A stretch of 11,266 nt of DNA, from the NCBI GenBank assembly GCA_964426185.1, contig CAYRPF010000065.1, positions 1 to 11,266 on the forward strand, in the 5' to 3' direction. The position numbers and the translations under genes are program-made. Shown here piece after piece: positions 8,604-11,266 of this stretch. Below the pieces are notes generated by a model. The model was not told the DNA's origin. It ran no database searches and was given only the letters and a program-made list of their open reading frames with translations. Every line of letters starts with the position of its first letter. The first letter of the stretch is position 1. Origin of the DNA: an uncultured archaeon (GTDB lineage Archaea; Asgardarchaeota; Lokiarchaeia; Sigyniarchaeales; Promethearchaeaceae).

Positions 8604-9527
8604 TTAATTTTTACCGTTATTCCATGCTTTTAGCACAATTTCATCAATCATCTGCAAAGGCGTGATGCTAGGGTTGAATTCTAAATTTTGGATCAGAATC
8701 AAACTCGCCACCTCTTTGAAATCCTTCAGGTTGGGTTCACGATTAAGCCGACGGACGCGCTCTCCTAATAATTTTGCAAATCCTATAGAAGTTCGAATTG
8801 ACGCGGGTTTCGTTATACCAAGGGTTGTACGGGTCGCAGTGATGATTTTGAGAACTGTTTCTAATGCAGATTCGGAAAGATTTAATTCCGGGCAATTCAC
8901 TTTGATGATTTTCAATTCAACTTCTTTTTTAGGATATTCGAGTGTAATCCATACGCGTATCCTATCTTTGAATGCTTCAGGTAAAACCCGAGTGCCCCGT
9001 AAATCACTGGGATTCATGGCAGCTATGAAATAAAATTTCTCATCCAATTCAATCCAAGTTTTTAATTGGGGGATATATAGACGACGCTCTTCCAAAGCAT
9101 CCAAAAGTGCGTTTAGAACATATTCTTCTCCCCGATTCACTTCATTGGCAAAAAATATCCGCCCTTCTACTGCTGCTAAAGTAAAAGGTCCTGGAATAAA
9201 AGAATCAATATCATAACCTAATTTAAACACCAAAGTGGGGTCGAAAGTGCCGATCAAAGAACTCGGTCGAATCAAATCACTGAAGGTCACCCATGAAAAA
9301 CCTCTATCATGATCCTCTGCAAATTTACGACACAGTGCGGTTTTTCCCGAACCTACCGGCCCTACTATTCCAGCATAAAGTCCTGCATTATAAGCATCCA
9401 AGAGCGTTTCATAGGCTTGTTTATATTGACCTTCCAATATTAATGGAGTAATTTGTTGCTCTCCGCTGAGCTGATGTTGAGTGAATTTCTGGGCAAAACT
9501 CGGAGATATATTCTTGAGATCTGTCAT
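8604..9527 (-). CDS. MoxR-family AAA+ ATPase
   Basis: Walker A GPVGSGKT, LIG...F.PGP, Walker B region IFFANEVNR, sensor I AAMNP, Arg finger LPEAFKDR, EYP and sensor II SIR. Confidence 0.92.
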   Translation of the reverse strand: MTDLKNISPSFAQKFTQHQLSGEQQITPLILEGQYKQAYETLLDAYNAGLYAGIVGPVGSGKTALCRKFAEDHDRGFSWVTFSDLIRPSSLIGTFDPTLVFKLGYDIDSFIPGPFTLAAVEGRIFFANEVNRGEEYVLNALLDALEERRLYIPQLKTWIELDEKFYFIAAMNPSDLRGTRVLPEAFKDRIRVWITLEYPKKEVELKIIKVNCPELNLSESALETVLKIITATRTTLGITKPASIRTSIGFAKLLGERVRRLNREPNLKDFKEVASLILIQNLEFNPSITPLQMIDEIVLKAWNNGKN

Positions 9528-9559
9528 AGCTATCCGTGTTTCAAAGTTTGCACTTTAGG

Positions 9560-9574
9560 TATATATAACTTTCT
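9560..9574 (-). promoter_or_regulatory. Archaeal BRE/TATA promoter of the MoxR-vWA operon
   Basis: Minus strand reads AGAAAG TTATATATA, with the TATA 33-41 nt upstream of the MoxR ATG. Confidence 0.65.
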
Positions 9575-9925
9575 TCTCATTTTTCTGTTAGTAATGAAAA
9601 CTTCTTACACACTAAGACATAATCAACCGTTCGGCACAACCATCACGTTAAACCGTTATTCCAACCTTCAGCAATTCTCAGAAAATACCACATCTAACTA
9701 TGGGGAACCCCAATCATTTCTTCCCCCTTGGAAATAATAATAACGATAATTTTTAAGCAACATCATACAAATTCGATTCACATTTCTTCCCAAATATCTA
9801 ATCAGATAAGAAAACACACATGGATTGAAAAATATCTTACTTAGAAGCTAAAAACATTTTCTGGTAAAATTATTCGGTGTTTTTAACTATGGACACCAGT
9901 TACAATCAAAAATCATTCTATAAAT

Positions 9926-9933
9926 TTTAAATA
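9926..9933 (+). promoter_or_regulatory. TATA-box candidate for tRNA-Phe
   Basis: TTTAAATA 52-59 nt upstream of the mature tRNA 5' end; AT-rich background lowers specificity. Confidence 0.4.
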
Positions 9934-9984
9934 TTATGCTCTATTTACCCTCAGTAGGACAAATTCAAGTTGTTCTTACATAAA

Positions 9985-10088
9985 GCCTCGGTGGCCTAGC
10001 CCGGGAATTATTGATCATTACGATCAAAAAACTCGACGGCACTGGACTGAAGATCCAGGCATCGTTGGTTCAAATCCGACCCGAGGCA
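9985..10088 (+). tRNA. tRNA-Phe(GAA) with 30-nt non-canonical intron (10008-10037, position 22/23)
   Basis: Acceptor stem GCCTCGG/CCGAGGC plus discriminator A. Anticodon stem CTGGA/TCCAG with loop CTGAAGA (GAA at 10049-10051). T-arm GTTGG-TTCAAAT-CCGAC. D-stem GCCT/AGGC is restored after intron removal. CCA is not encoded; a T5 tract follows. Confidence 0.95.
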
Positions 10089-10437
10089 CTATTTTTGGTA
10101 AATCTCCTTAACGAGATCGGGGATTCGGGTATTATATTAAAATTTTTTTACAATTTTATTTTATATTTAGCTTTTTGGATGAGAATTTTTAAGTTTCTGA
10201 AAAATTCTTCGATATTTTAGCGCAATTTGATGTTTTCGGATAATTTTTCTTCTCGGATATAAATCTGCGATTTGTAGAGGTTCCGAATTTCGTCACGGCC
10301 CATTTTCCCGATGCTCTATTCGAGCATTTGGTATAGCCTACTTTAATTGTTAGGATTACTCGCCTTCATGCCTAAACGATTTTATTAGATCGAAGATTTA
10401 GCTAACATTAACTAAGGATTTATGGAAAATTTCATGA

Positions 10438-11265
10438 ATGCGCTGGGGGTATTCTGTGGGAAATACAAGAGCAAAGTCAAATTTTTTAGAAAAAGAGAAC
10501 TCCCCCAACCATTCCAGTGATTTTAATCATTCAAGCAATTTTAAGAATTTTAACTCATTAATTCAACTTCTCTGTGGGCAACCTTCTCTGATTCAGACTG
10601 GGTTGTATCGATTTTTTGAGAAGCGGAGAAAATATCTCACAACATTTTTGACAAACCAGATTTTTCCAAAAATAAATAAAAATGTTATAGATTTCCTGAT
10701 AAAATTCTTCAGCCGCTATTATCAAGATGGAAAATTTAATTGCTCTCATTTTTCTTACATTTACTCCCTTGATTCTCCCCAATTTTCAAAAAAATCGAAG
10801 GAAACCAAGCTAAGGTGGCTTCATGAAGATCAATATTTTGTAAACTTATCCCAAAAATACCTTCCCTATCAATTTCAGACAAAACATTTCATTGTATCCT
10901 TTGTTCTCTCCCGTCACAGTCGTCTCTTTCAAGAAGGAAAGCAAAAGGGGATTCATCGTGCCCACATTCTCTTAAACCATATGGATTATTCTCTTCAAAC
11001 TTCTAAGTTTACTTTTAAATTTGACTATCGGCCTCTATCTCCCACAGAATACAACCGGTTAAAAAGAAGCCAAAAAGTTTTGCGTATTACACCCCAACAT
11101 ATCTTTAATGACAATTTAGAACAAATTCGGGCCTTTATAGAGTCAAAGGCATCGAAATTCAAAGATGAACTGCTTCAGATTCAACATATAAAAGATTATT
11201 CAAGTTCAAATTCAAAATCAAAAACAAAAACAAATAAAGTTGCAGATAAAATTTGTAAATTAGAA
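10438..11265 (+). CDS. Partial (runs off the window) putative site-specific DNA methyltransferase, type III RM Mod-like N-terminal region
   Basis: 276 stop-free codons from ATG 10438 to the window end; absent from the ORF track. Segments GLYRFFEKRRKYLTTFL, FFSRYYQDGKF, ETKLRWLHEDQYFV and FKFDYRP resemble the N-terminal motifs I recall for this family (GIYRI, FFSRYYxxGDF, EVKLHWANxDQYY, FEYRP). Catalytic motifs are not in the window. Confidence 0.7.
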   Translation, partial: MRWGYSVGNTRAKSNFLEKENSPNHSSDFNHSSNFKNFNSLIQLLCGQPSLIQTGLYRFFEKRRKYLTTFLTNQIFPKINKNVIDFLIKFFSRYYQDGKFNCSHFSYIYSLDSPQFSKKSKETKLRWLHEDQYFVNLSQKYLPYQFQTKHFIVSFVLSRHSRLFQEGKQKGIHRAHILLNHMDYSLQTSKFTFKFDYRPLSPTEYNRLKRSQKVLRITPQHIFNDNLEQIRAFIESKASKFKDELLQIQHIKDYSSSNSKSKTKTNKVADKICKLE

Positions 11266-11266
11266 T

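Noticed and set aside
363-9033. ORF-track entries overlapping larger genes (363-659, 882-1136, 1293-1550, 1963-2172, 2530-2718, 3336-3623, 3592-3882, 4957-5139, 7186-7482, 7609-7983, 8662-9033)
   Set aside because: Antisense or alternative-frame shadows of well-supported genes, with no recognisable motifs.
10011-10220. 69-aa ORF
   Set aside because: Starts inside the tRNA intron and runs through the tRNA body.
10089-10437. Short hairpins and a 28-codon minus-strand ORF after the tRNA; possible att site
   Set aside because: Stems are only 6-7 bp in AT-rich DNA, the ORF lacks expression signals, and no duplicate of the tRNA end was seen in the window.
10558-10782. 74-aa minus-strand ORF
   Set aside because: Antisense shadow of the longer plus-strand methyltransferase-like ORF.

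Overview
AT-rich archaeal chromosomal window. Archaeal origin is supported by BRE/TATA promoters, a tRNA intron with a bulge-helix-bulge (BHB) splicing motif and an archaeal-type Hps protein. Gene content suggests Asgard/Lokiarchaeia, which is inference only. Contents in order: a slipin/stomatin + hexulose-6-phosphate-synthase-like pair (minus); a lipoyl-less 2-oxoacid dehydrogenase E2-like catalytic domain; a 577-nt intergenic region with a K-loop-like hairpin and two convergent candidate small ORFs; a DEDDh 3'-5' exonuclease; an acyl-CoA dehydrogenase; a MoxR AAA+/large vWA pair (minus); tRNA-Phe(GAA) with a non-canonical 30-nt D-arm intron; and the 5' part of a type III RM Mod-like DNA methyltransferase gene missing from the ORF track. 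The most notable item is the MoxR-vWA module. Its ATPase has an N-E Walker B, and its 892-aa vWA partner starts with an isolated AAA+ lid-like segment resembling the ATPase's own lid and carries in-frame 18-nt tandem repeats. All family calls come from motif recognition by eye; no searches were run.
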